From Candidatus Nezhaarchaeales archaeon (GTDB lineage: Archaea > Thermoproteota > Methanomethylicia > Nezhaarchaeales > JAWCJE01), in the NCBI GenBank assembly GCA_038853715.1, contig JAWCJE010000004.1, forward strand, positions 2,718 through 66,717: a DNA stretch of 64,000 bases. Reading direction: 5' to 3'. Of this stretch, positions 18,990 to 27,437 are shown one piece after another (positions within the stretch are counted from its first letter, which is position 1; each line of letters begins with the position of its first letter). The notes under the pieces were generated by a model. That model was not told where the DNA came from. It did not search any database and saw only the letters and a program-made list of their open reading frames with translations. The position numbers were made by a program, and so were the translations under genes.

Positions 18990-19075
18990 GAAGGCTTAAC
19001 TTATTCGAGTCTAATGGGGGAAAGCAGCTTAGATGGGTAGCGGAGAGTAGGGAAGCCTTACGGCTTACTTGTTCG

Positions 19076-19330
19076 TTACGCTTCAGGTGGATGGAAGATG
19101 GTGATTAGCGTCTCCGTACGGACGACGCTAGGCACTTTTTCGAGTACTTCGTATATTGTATGCTGAAGCTCCTTAAGGTCTTTAACCTCAATAACCAGCA
19201 CCGCGTCGTACCTACCGAGGACCGAGTTAGCTAGCTTCACCCCTTTAACCCGTCTAGCCTTAACTACCTCTTCAGATGATCCGGGCTTCGTCGTAACTAG
19301 TACGAAGGCCCTTATGGGCAGTATTAACAC
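19076..19330 (-). CDS. Stand-alone Lrp/AsnC C-terminal (RAM) ligand-binding domain protein
   Basis: 84 aa, beta-alpha-beta-beta-alpha-beta pattern ..GRYDAVLVIEVKDLKELQ..VRTETLI; no HTH domain. Confidence 0.6.
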   Translation of the reverse strand: MLILPIRAFVLVTTKPGSSEEVVKARRVKGVKLANSVLGRYDAVLVIEVKDLKELQHTIYEVLEKVPSVVRTETLITIFHPPEA

Positions 19331-19331
19331 C

Positions 19332-19568
19332 TCATTCTAAGACTACTGACGTCTCGGTGTGAACAACGTTAGGCTGCTTACCTATTACCTCATAAACTAG
19401 GCGGCTTAAAGCCTCAAGGCTTTCGGCTTCCACGAGTATTACTGCGTCAAACCTACCGTAAACGGAGTCAGCGCGTATAACGCCTTTAACCTTCCTTAAA
19501 GCGGCAACTACCTCCTGAGAGGTACCGGGCCGAGTCCTCATAAGGATGTAAGCCTTAACCATGCCCAT
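19332..19568 (-). CDS. Stand-alone Lrp/AsnC C-terminal (RAM) domain protein, tandem partner (1-nt spacing)
   Basis: 78 aa MGMVKAYILMRTRPGTSQEVVAALRKVKGV..GRFDAVILVEAESLEAL..VVHTETSVVLE. Confidence 0.6.
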   Translation of the reverse strand: MGMVKAYILMRTRPGTSQEVVAALRKVKGVIRADSVYGRFDAVILVEAESLEALSRLVYEVIGKQPNVVHTETSVVLE

Positions 19569-19744
19569 CCCTTCAAGCTAAGCCAAGCCCTCCCTTATTA
19601 AGCATACGCTTCCACTCGGCTTACACTATTAGCATCCATAGTGTCATTCATCCCCCAAGGAGGCTACCGGTACGATTACTCGCTTCATACCTTGAGGTAA
19701 ACCTTTTATCCCCCTTCACCCTAATAGCTTAGAGGTGGCGTTAA

Positions 19745-19975
19745 CTGCCTTACCACTGGTTTAAGCTAGGCCCCTTCGGATTTAGCTTCTGGGGCCCTGA
19801 ATGGGGGTACGGGCTTATAGACGTAGAGAGAACGGCGGATGAAGTAATCCTAACCTTAAGGATCCCGAGGGACGTTAAGAAGGAGGAAGTTAAAGTGGAG
19901 TTTAAGGAGGGTAGGATAAGGGTAAGGTTTCCGAGGAGGCCTAGAGGCGCTTGGGAGGAGCTCCCGGTAGAGTGA
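19745..19975 (+). pseudogene. Hsp20/alpha-crystallin-domain gene fragment with no start codon, truncated after the first beta-strands
   Basis: Open frame ..GPEWGYGLIDVERTADEVILTLRIPRDVKKEEVKVEFKEGRIRVRF.. resembles the start of an alpha-crystallin domain. No ATG/GTG/TTG in frame; it ends about 50 aa early. Confidence 0.3.
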
Positions 19976-20266
19976 AGCTTAGTCTGATTCTTCTTCATTG
20001 TTAGCTTAATTCAGCTTAGATCGAGCTTTGTTTTACTAGTTTTATTCAACCAGCCGTAGAATCTCTTCAGAACAGCCTTATAATCGTGCTTAATCCACTC
20101 TGAGAAGTCGCTCGTAACTATTTTCTTAACAAGCTGCTGAATATCAACCTCATAGTGGTTAAGGTTTCACTATGGGATTGAGGCGCGCGACTACGATATT
20201 GATTGGATGGATAAAGGGCTTAGAAATCAATATTGGTACTTCGTGGTCGAAACATAGTAAGAACTT

Positions 20267-21706
20267 CTAGATGTCGAAGTATAGGTGGAACTCGTATGGG
20301 TGGGGTCTCATAACTACTTCAACGTAATCCTTTAAACCGTTCTCAACTATCTTATCGATTACGTCCCGGCTGAAGATGGGTTCTAGGTATTCGTGGTCGC
20401 TTTGAAGGTGTTCGACGGCCTCCTTTAAGCTTCCGGGTAGCTCCTTTAAGCCGAGCTGCCTTCGACGTTCGGGCGTTAACTTGTATACGTCTTCGTCTAG
20501 GGGGTCTCCTGGATCGATCTTCTTCCTTACGCCGTCTAAGCCCGCGGCTAGGATGGCGGCGAAGCATAGGTAGGGGTTACAGGATGGGTCTGGTGGTCGG
20601 TATTCAATTCTCTTCGCGGCCGCCGCCCCCTTATGGTAGACCGGTATCCTGATGCTGGCTGAACGGTTACGTCTACTCCAAACAAGGTAGACGGGTGCTT
20701 CATGTCCCGGCGTTAGGCGTTTATAGGAGTTTGTGGTTGGAGCTACTATGGCTGCTAGGCTTTGACCGTGCTCGATTAACCCTCCGACGAAGTATCTACC
20801 GAGCTGGCTTAACTCCGCGTAGGCGTCGTCGGGGTCGTAGAAGAGGTTTTTACCGTTCCTCCATAGGCTTACGTGAACGTGCATCCCGGAGGCGTTATCG
20901 CCGAAGATCGGCTTAGGCATGAATGTCGCCGTCATACCGTGGCGGCGGGCTATGTTCTTAATGACGTACTTAAGGGTCATAACGCTGTCGGCCGCGTTAG
21001 TCAAGGTGTCGTGAACGATGTTTATTTCACACTGCCCGGCCGTCGCCACTTCGTGGTGGTGGACGGAGCAAGGTACGTGAAAATGGTTTTCGAGGGCCAG
21101 CACGCATTCGCTTCTAAACTCCATTAGGGTGTCGTGAGGCGGGGCTGGGAAGTAGCCTTCCTTAAACCTTAAGGGGTAGCCTACTCCTAGCTGCGAAGAC
21201 CATGCCGCCTCCCTAGACTCTATGGAGTAGCTTTGACCCTTAAAAGGCGTTAAAACGTCCCAGCATACCTTATCGAAGACGAAGAACTCAGGCTCCGGGC
21301 CCCAGTACGATAGGCTATAGCCTTCCCTTCTAAGTACTTCTTCAGCCCTTTGAGCTACGGCTCTAGGATCCCTAGTGAAGCGTCCTTCGGCGTAGCTGAG
21401 GTATACGTCGCATATTAGCCTAGCGGTCTTTACTTGGGGCGGCATCCATGGTATTACTGCTAGCGTTGAAGGATCGGGCTTTAAAACCATGTCGGACTCG
21501 TGGATCTCGACGAAGCCCCTAATACTGGAGCCGTCCAGCTTCGGAAGCCCTTCTTCAAAGGCTTCAACGGTTAGGTCGCGAGAGTTAATAGTGGTATGCT
21601 GTAGCCTACCGGGTAGATCCGTGAAGTGGAGGTCTATAAATCTTACACCCTCCCTTCTAAGGAGGTCTACTACCTCCATTGGGGTTTTCTTGAAGGGTTT
21701 TAACAT
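20267..21706 (-). CDS. glnA: Glutamine synthetase
   Basis: N-terminal beta-grasp MEVVDLLRREGVRFIDLHFTDLPGRLQHTTI; ATP site KPIFGDNASGMHVHVSLW; NSYKRL motif. The track ORF runs to 21895, but the GS alignment starts at MLKPF/MEVV (about 21706 or 21679). Confidence 0.85.
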   Translation of the reverse strand: MLKPFKKTPMEVVDLLRREGVRFIDLHFTDLPGRLQHTTINSRDLTVEAFEEGLPKLDGSSIRGFVEIHESDMVLKPDPSTLAVIPWMPPQVKTARLICDVYLSYAEGRFTRDPRAVAQRAEEVLRREGYSLSYWGPEPEFFVFDKVCWDVLTPFKGQSYSIESREAAWSSQLGVGYPLRFKEGYFPAPPHDTLMEFRSECVLALENHFHVPCSVHHHEVATAGQCEINIVHDTLTNAADSVMTLKYVIKNIARRHGMTATFMPKPIFGDNASGMHVHVSLWRNGKNLFYDPDDAYAELSQLGRYFVGGLIEHGQSLAAIVAPTTNSYKRLTPGHEAPVYLVWSRRNRSASIRIPVYHKGAAAAKRIEYRPPDPSCNPYLCFAAILAAGLDGVRKKIDPGDPLDEDVYKLTPERRRQLGLKELPGSLKEAVEHLQSDHEYLEPIFSRDVIDKIVENGLKDYVEVVMRPHPYEFHLYFDI

Positions 21707-21885
21707 GCCTTCAGGAGTAACTTCGTACGGCGTAAGGCCCTCCTCCAGATTTCTGTTCAGCTTCCCCCCTTCCTTTTTAGAATAGAAGTATATAAAACTT
21801 TTTATGTTTTGAACAATTTTCAGGGGCTGATGGATTTCTCCTAAACGTTTCCTTAATATTTTACCTCCGCTCCTTCTAATAGGGG

Positions 21886-22509
21886 TTGGAAGCACGGTTG
21901 CCTAATACCCTTAAAGCTGTTAGGGAGAAGATAGGTAGGTTAAAGAGGTACGCTAGGATTACTAAGGTCGATGAGATTGCGCGACGCTACTTCATCCTTA
22001 ACGCGTTCGACGGAGCTATAGCCTCGCTCGGAGTTATTATTGGGGCTTACTCGTCAGGTGTTCAAGACCCTAAGCTTATTATAGGGCTTGGGCTTAGCTT
22101 AAGCCTCTCCATGGGCATATCGGGGTTTTCAGGGGCCTACATAGCTGAAAAGGCTGAAAGAGCTAGGATGCTAAAGGAGGTTGAGGAAGCCCTATTCACT
22201 AAGATTGAAGGCTCGATACTAGCTAGAGCCTCAAGTTTCGCCGTATTCTGGGTTGCCTTGGTGGATGGAGCCTCCCCGGCTATAGCTACGTTAATCGCTT
22301 TAACGCCGTTCATCCTAGTTAGCTTAGGGCTACTAGCCTTTACTACGGCGGTAGCGGCATCCGTATCCTTAATAATAGCGTTACTATCAGCCTTAGGAGC
22401 CTATATGGGCAGGGTGTCAAAGGAGAACATATTAATGAGTAGCGTTAGATCAGCTTTAATAGGAGGAATTACCGCGGTTTTATGCATGATGGTAGGAGGG
22501 GTTAGCTAG
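21886..22509 (+). CDS. VIT1/CCC1-family (DUF125) membrane protein, putative Fe/Mn transporter
   Basis: RRYFILNAFDGAIASLGVIIGA signature; 5 TM; TTG start uncertain. Confidence 0.55.
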   Translation: MEARLPNTLKAVREKIGRLKRYARITKVDEIARRYFILNAFDGAIASLGVIIGAYSSGVQDPKLIIGLGLSLSLSMGISGFSGAYIAEKAERARMLKEVEEALFTKIEGSILARASSFAVFWVALVDGASPAIATLIALTPFILVSLGLLAFTTAVAASVSLIIALLSALGAYMGRVSKENILMSSVRSALIGGITAVLCMMVGGVS

Positions 22510-22790
22510 TGGATATAAGGATTAAACGCCTAGTTATAGACGCGCTTAAATCTAGGGAGTGCTCCATCATTGAGCTATCTAAGGATTTATGCGCTACTAG
22601 CGGAACCGATGAAGTTAACGTTGTTGTAACCGAGGTGGACGCTAAGACTGAGACCATTAGGATAACGATGTTAGGAGGAAGCATAAACTACGAGGAAGTA
22701 GCTAAAGTCGTAGCCGATCATGGCGCGACCATTAAAAGCATTGACGAGGTAAACGTTTACAGGTTAAAGGCGGGGCTAGATAATGGTTGA
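22509..22790 (+). CDS. DUF211-like small protein
   Basis: 93 aa; IKRLVIDALKS..ELSKDL..VNVVVTEVDAKTETIRITMLGGSINYEEVAKVVADHGATIKSIDEV fits the DUF211 pattern; start overlaps the VIT stop. Confidence 0.4.
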   Translation: MDIRIKRLVIDALKSRECSIIELSKDLCATSGTDEVNVVVTEVDAKTETIRITMLGGSINYEEVAKVVADHGATIKSIDEVNVYRLKAGLDNG

Positions 22791-23115
22791 AGTAAACCTT
22801 ACGGCTAGGGCCTTAGAGAGGCTTAAGGAGAAGGGGTTTAAAACCTTTAAACTGGAAGTAGTTGAAGAGACCTATGAATGGACCCCTTGCTGCGGTATAG
22901 GGGATGCCTGCGTAACCGTTCCACGCGTAAAGGTTAAAGGGGGTGAAGGAGGGTTGGAGGACGTTAAATTCCATGTGGAAGGCGTAACGATTTACGTGGA
23001 GCCTAAGCTATTAAGCATGGTTGAAGGAGGGTTAACCATCGACGTTAACGAGTTCGGGGAGTTGGATTTTAAAGGCTTAAGGCTGAACCCCTCATTCACC
23101 ATTAGGAACTACTAG
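22783..23115 (+). CDS. Small CC-motif (PCCGIGDAC) protein, unknown function, coupled to the upstream gene
   Basis: 110 aa; 8-nt overlap with the previous ORF. Confidence 0.35.
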   Translation: MVEVNLTARALERLKEKGFKTFKLEVVEETYEWTPCCGIGDACVTVPRVKVKGGEGGLEDVKFHVEGVTIYVEPKLLSMVEGGLTIDVNEFGELDFKGLRLNPSFTIRNY

Positions 23116-23203
23116 CGAGCCTATTGTAAAACTCCATAACCTAGGGGTAATGTCGTAAGTGTTTATTAAGAGTTTTACGACAGCCTCATAAGAGGGGTTA
23201 GGC

Positions 23204-24289
23204 TTATCGCTCCCTCCGACCTTTAATAAACTCTTCAACCCACTTTCTAGCTGTTTCTGCTGGTGCGTGAACCGGTGGATGTTTAAAGGCCCAGGCGCTA
23301 ATACTTATTAGAGGGCCGCCTACGCCGCGGTCAAGGGCTAGCTTTACCGCTCTTACTACGTCGATCACGATTCCGGCTGAGTTCGGAGCATCCCAAACGG
23401 AGAGCTTAACGTCTAAGCTTAACGGGGTATCGCCGAAGTACCTTCCCTTTACCCATATGTAGCAGACCTTCTGGTTCTGTAGGAAGGGTATGTAGTCGCT
23501 AGGGCCTATCTTCACTTGGAACTTGTAGGGAGCCATTGCCTCTACGGCCGAGGTTTTACTTATCTCCTTTGATCGTAGGCGTTCACGCTCCAACATGTTT
23601 AGGAAGTCCGTATCCCCTCCGACGTTTAACTGGTACGACTCATCGATTACTACGCCGCGGTCAACGAGTAGTTTAACGAGGGTCTTATGGAGTACGGTAG
23701 CTCCAAGCTGGCTTTGAACGTCGTCGCCAGCCACCGGTAATCGTTTTTCCTCGAACTTCTTAGCCCAGGCCGGGTCAGACGCTATAAAGACCGGCATACA
23801 GTTTATGAAGGCGCATCCAGCTTCAAGTGCTTGTTGAGCGTACCATCTTACCGCCATCTCGGAGCCTACCGGTAGGTAGTTAATGAGCATATCTGCTTTA
23901 GCATCCTTTAGGGCTTGGGCTACGTTAACCGGGTCTCCTTCGGCTATCGGTATTACGTCCCTTAGGTATTTCCCTACGCCGTCCATGACCGGCCCCTTCA
24001 TTACTTCCACGTTTAACCTCGGCACCTTACCGAATACCCTAGTATTATTCATACCGGCGAAGAGCGCTTCGGATAGGTCTTTACCTACCTTTCTAGCGTC
24101 AACGTCGAATGCAGCTACGAACTCCACGTCCTCAACCCTATAACCACCGAAGTCCGGGTGGAGGAGGGTGGAAGCTTGAGGGGAATCCGGGTCGACGTTC
24201 CGGTAGTAGTAAACCCCTTGAATAAGGGCTGAGGCACAGTTTCCGACGCCGGCTATAGCTACCCTAATCCTTCCCCCCATCCTTACCAC
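23204..24289 (-). CDS. myo-Inositol-1-phosphate synthase (archaeal short form)
   Basis: 361 aa; N-terminal Rossmann VAIAGVGNCASALIQG; NVGGDTDFLNMLERERLRSKEISKTSAV and C-terminal AGIVIDVVRAVKLALDRGVGG align with the remembered Archaeoglobus MIPS segments GDYDGKVLSARDNKESKVLSK / ...IARFLLFAKKKGVKG. Confidence 0.6.
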   Translation of the reverse strand: MVRMGGRIRVAIAGVGNCASALIQGVYYYRNVDPDSPQASTLLHPDFGGYRVEDVEFVAAFDVDARKVGKDLSEALFAGMNNTRVFGKVPRLNVEVMKGPVMDGVGKYLRDVIPIAEGDPVNVAQALKDAKADMLINYLPVGSEMAVRWYAQQALEAGCAFINCMPVFIASDPAWAKKFEEKRLPVAGDDVQSQLGATVLHKTLVKLLVDRGVVIDESYQLNVGGDTDFLNMLERERLRSKEISKTSAVEAMAPYKFQVKIGPSDYIPFLQNQKVCYIWVKGRYFGDTPLSLDVKLSVWDAPNSAGIVIDVVRAVKLALDRGVGGPLISISAWAFKHPPVHAPAETARKWVEEFIKGRRER

Positions 24290-24301
24290 GCCGATGCAAT
24301 C

Positions 24302-24655
24302 TTGCGCGTGAAATATATTTTATACTACTGTAAAATATTTTTAACGATTATGGTTAAAGCACCTATTGAAAGGCTTAAGAAGAAGCTCCTTAAAGAAAAC
24401 CTATGGCTCTTCATATTCAGGCTCCTTAAGGAAGGCGACTGTCATGCCTACAAGCTAAGGAGAAGGATTAAAGAGGAGTTCGGTTTTTGGACCGGGAGCG
24501 TTACAGGGTATAAGGTTCTCTACCTACTTGAGAAGGGAGGCTACGTTGAATCCTATAGGGAAGGGAGGAGGAAATTCTATAGGTTAACGGAGAAAGGATT
24601 AAAACAGTTGGAGGAAGCTAAAAACTTCCTCAAGGAAATCTACTCATTGATATAG
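24302..24655 (+). CDS. PadR-family wHTH transcriptional regulator (probable real start MVKAP at about 24347)
   Basis: GDCHAYKLRRRIKEEFGFWTGSVTGYKVLYLLEKGGYVESYREGRRKFYRLTEKG is the PadR signature. Confidence 0.6.
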   Translation: MRVKYILYYCKIFLTIMVKAPIERLKKKLLKENLWLFIFRLLKEGDCHAYKLRRRIKEEFGFWTGSVTGYKVLYLLEKGGYVESYREGRRKFYRLTEKGLKQLEEAKNFLKEIYSLI

Positions 24656-24766
24656 GAGGTTTAAGTGTTGGCGCGCGTAATAACGTACCTGAGGGTTTTA
24701 CGATGAATTGAAAAGCCGTTTCATAATTCTTAAATCCTTGCATTAAGCAATCTGTTCGACGGGATA

Positions 24767-26137
24767 ATGTCTAGTGACAAAGAGAAGCTTGGAGCTTTAA
24801 AAATTTCGACGTTTACCATAGCGAGCGTCGTTATTGTAGAAATGGTTTTAGGCCTTGTTGTAGGCAGTTTAGCGATTTTAAGCGATGGAGTACATGCACT
24901 ACTTGACACCTTAACGATGTTTATGCTATTTCTCGCTACAAAGGCTTCTCTTAAACCGCCTGATGAAAGGCATATGTACGGTCATGAGAAAATAGAATCA
25001 ATAGGCGGTTTAATTAGTGGAATCGTTCTTATCGGTATAGCGCTATTAATAATGTATGAGGCAGTATTAAGGATTATACGGAACGCGTCTGTTAATTTGG
25101 ATTTAACATCTATTGGTTTCATCGCGATAGGCTATACGTTATGCGTAGACTTCATTAGAATCGGTGTTTTTAGAAAATCGACTAAAAGCGAGAGCCCCAC
25201 GGTGAAGGTTGGATTTTACCATGCGCTAGCGGACTTCAGCTCCACAATACTTGCTCTCTTAGGATTTAGCTTGGCAACAATAGGATCCTATCCGAGCTCC
25301 GATGCATTCGCATCCATTGCCCTAAGCATTCTACTAATCTATTTAAGCGTTAGAGTTATCTGGAGCAGCGGAATGGAGTTAAGTGACGCTGTATCAAAAG
25401 ATGTTGTAGAAAAAGTTAGAAAGGAAATAGCGTCCACGAAAGGGGTTTCTAGGATTGAAAACCTTAGAGTTAGAAAAGCTGGGATTAAAACGTTCGTAGA
25501 AGCCGCCGTAAAAGTTCCGGACTATTTAAGCTTAGAGGAGTCTCACGCATTAGCCTCGGAAATAGAGGAAAAATTAAAACGTCTCCTGAAAAACGCTGAA
25601 GCCGTAATCCATGTCGAACCGTTAGCGAAAGAAATGCCGATAGAAAAACTTGTTGAAAAACTGGTAAAGGGGGTTAAAGGCGTAATAGAGGCCCACGAAG
25701 TAAACGCCGTTTACGTTCATGGTAAATTACACATAACGCTGCATGCATACGTCGATCCAAAACTTTCAGTACATGAAGCCCATGAGTTAGCTGGAAGAAT
25801 AGAGAATAAATTGAAGGAGAGAATAGAGAATATCGAGAACGTCACCGTTCACGTAGAACCTTTTAACGAAAAGCTTCAAAGGGGGCCAGCTTTAGACGAA
25901 AAGGAGGTTCAGAAAATAATATACGAAACAGTAAAAAGACTCCAAGAAATCTCCGCCGTAGAGCGAATAGTAACCTACGTTGCTGACGGAAAACGCTACA
26001 TAAATATAGATTGCTGTTTCGCGAGCCAAATATCGATTGAAGAAGCCCATAAAGTTGCGTCAAAAATTGAAAATGAAATAAAGAAAAAGTTTACGGAAAC
26101 GATCGTAACCGTCCACGTAGAGCCAAGGAAGAATTAA
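24767..26137 (+). CDS. Cation diffusion facilitator (CDF) metal efflux transporter with three tandem C-terminal cytoplasmic domains
   Basis: TM domain with SDGVHALLD; three consecutive about 65-aa segments each ending in ..(I/V)HVEP (AVIHVEP, VTVHVEP, VTVHVEP). Confidence 0.75.
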   Translation: MSSDKEKLGALKISTFTIASVVIVEMVLGLVVGSLAILSDGVHALLDTLTMFMLFLATKASLKPPDERHMYGHEKIESIGGLISGIVLIGIALLIMYEAVLRIIRNASVNLDLTSIGFIAIGYTLCVDFIRIGVFRKSTKSESPTVKVGFYHALADFSSTILALLGFSLATIGSYPSSDAFASIALSILLIYLSVRVIWSSGMELSDAVSKDVVEKVRKEIASTKGVSRIENLRVRKAGIKTFVEAAVKVPDYLSLEESHALASEIEEKLKRLLKNAEAVIHVEPLAKEMPIEKLVEKLVKGVKGVIEAHEVNAVYVHGKLHITLHAYVDPKLSVHEAHELAGRIENKLKERIENIENVTVHVEPFNEKLQRGPALDEKEVQKIIYETVKRLQEISAVERIVTYVADGKRYINIDCCFASQISIEEAHKVASKIENEIKKKFTETIVTVHVEPRKN

Positions 26138-26384
26138 AAGCTCTACGATCTCGTTAAGTTCCTTCTCGAACCGGGCCTCGTTAAGACGGTTGAAAGGCTG
26201 GAGGCAGTCATGGGTTATTTTTCGCACAGCGCTACGTCCACTTACCCGTTGCCTAAACTCCACTTCAACTATCCCTAGCTGGTTAAGCTTTCAACGCCTT
26301 CCTAGCTAGGTTACTGCTTCAAGCTATGAGGGTGACCATTAGGGTGAGGTAAGCTTTATTAGTAGAAGCACCTTGAAATAGGCC

Positions 26385-26774
26385 GTGAGAGTAGAAGTTG
26401 AATGGTGGCTTAAACAGTCTAAAAGGGATCTTAAAATGGCTGAGGAACTCTTTAAATCAGGGTTTTTCGAAGGAGCTGCGTACCATTCACATCAAGCAGG
26501 GGAGAAGGCGTTAAAGGCCCTCGTAATTCATAAGCGCGGCTATCATTTAACCCATTCCTGCAAGTTCCTTCTAGACCAGCTTAGGATTCAAGGTTTAGAA
26601 GTTAACGAATCACTATACGGTTATGCGAGGGAACTGGACGTACATTACTTAACGTCAAGATACCCTAACGCCGCAAGCGCACCTCCTTACGAGCTCTACG
26701 ATGGGGCTAAGGCTAAGGAGCTTATTGAAAGCGCGAGGAGGCTATTAAGCTTCGTCGAGGAGAACCTTAAATGA
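26385..26774 (+). CDS. HEPN-domain protein (toxin-like partner of the downstream nucleotidyltransferase)
   Basis: HSHQAGEKALKALVIHKRGYHL...LTSRYPN pattern (PF05168-like); 4-nt overlap (ATGA) with the next ORF. Confidence 0.6.
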   Translation: MRVEVEWWLKQSKRDLKMAEELFKSGFFEGAAYHSHQAGEKALKALVIHKRGYHLTHSCKFLLDQLRIQGLEVNESLYGYARELDVHYLTSRYPNAASAPPYELYDGAKAKELIESARRLLSFVEENLK

Positions 26775-27169
26775 TTGAGGATAAGCTAAGCGACGCCATC
26801 TCTAAACTAGCGGGTAAAGTAGGGCTAAGGGTAAACTCAATAGTCCTCTTCGGATCTCGCGGTAAGGCCGAGGAGTTGCCATGGAGCGACGTCGACCTCC
26901 TCATAATATCCGAGGGTTTTTCAAACATGAAAAGATGGGATAGAGTAAGACTAGTTTTAGAGAATTGGGATTACGAGAAACCGGTGGAACCCGTTTGCCT
27001 CGCCCCGAACGAAGTTTCAGAGACGAACCCGTTTATCTGGGAGGTTTGTAGGGAGGGAGTGGCCGTCATGGACGACGGCACCTTCAACGCGCTTAGAACC
27101 AAATGCCTAAAGTACCTCGATGAAAACGGTTTTCAAAGGATTAAATACGGTTACGTTAAAAGGCGGTAA
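26771..27169 (+). CDS. Minimal nucleotidyltransferase (MNT) of a HEPN-MNT pair
   Basis: LFGSRGKAEELPWSDVDLLI is the GS-x(n)-D-x-D pol-beta-type NTase motif. Confidence 0.65.
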   Translation: MIEDKLSDAISKLAGKVGLRVNSIVLFGSRGKAEELPWSDVDLLIISEGFSNMKRWDRVRLVLENWDYEKPVEPVCLAPNEVSETNPFIWEVCREGVAVMDDGTFNALRTKCLKYLDENGFQRIKYGYVKRR

Positions 27170-27224
27170 ACGGCTACCTATAAGGCTGAAGGCCGCTACG
27201 CCCCTCATCGTTAAAAAGGCCGTT

Positions 27225-27296
27225 AAAACCTACGAAACACGTCAATCTACAGAAACAATCGTAGCTATCCACGTAGAGCCAAAAGGAGGAAAATAG
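27225..27296 (+). pseudogene. Orphan copy of the CDF gene 3' end (..TETIVAIHVEPKGGK stop) downstream of the HEPN-MNT pair
   Basis: acagaaacaatcgtagctatccacgtagagccaa matches acggaaacgatcgtaaccgtccacgtagagccaa at 26095-26128 at 29 of 34 nt; translation TETIVAIHVEP versus TETIVTVHVEP. Confidence 0.4.
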
Positions 27297-27437
27297 CCTT
27301 TAGAAGGAGGTGAGGCTTTCATTATTTTAAACCCGTCTTTAATTTTCCCTAAGGCTTTGGTGGTATTCTCCCATCTAGGCATGGAGGTGAAAGCTCCGAC
27401 TTTCACCTATATGATTTTACGCCTGTTTCTTTAAACG

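Noticed and set aside
21707-21895. N-terminal 63 codons of the track glnA ORF
   Set aside because: GS homology begins at MLKPF/MEVV; the extension contains the promoter elements and has no stop merely by chance.
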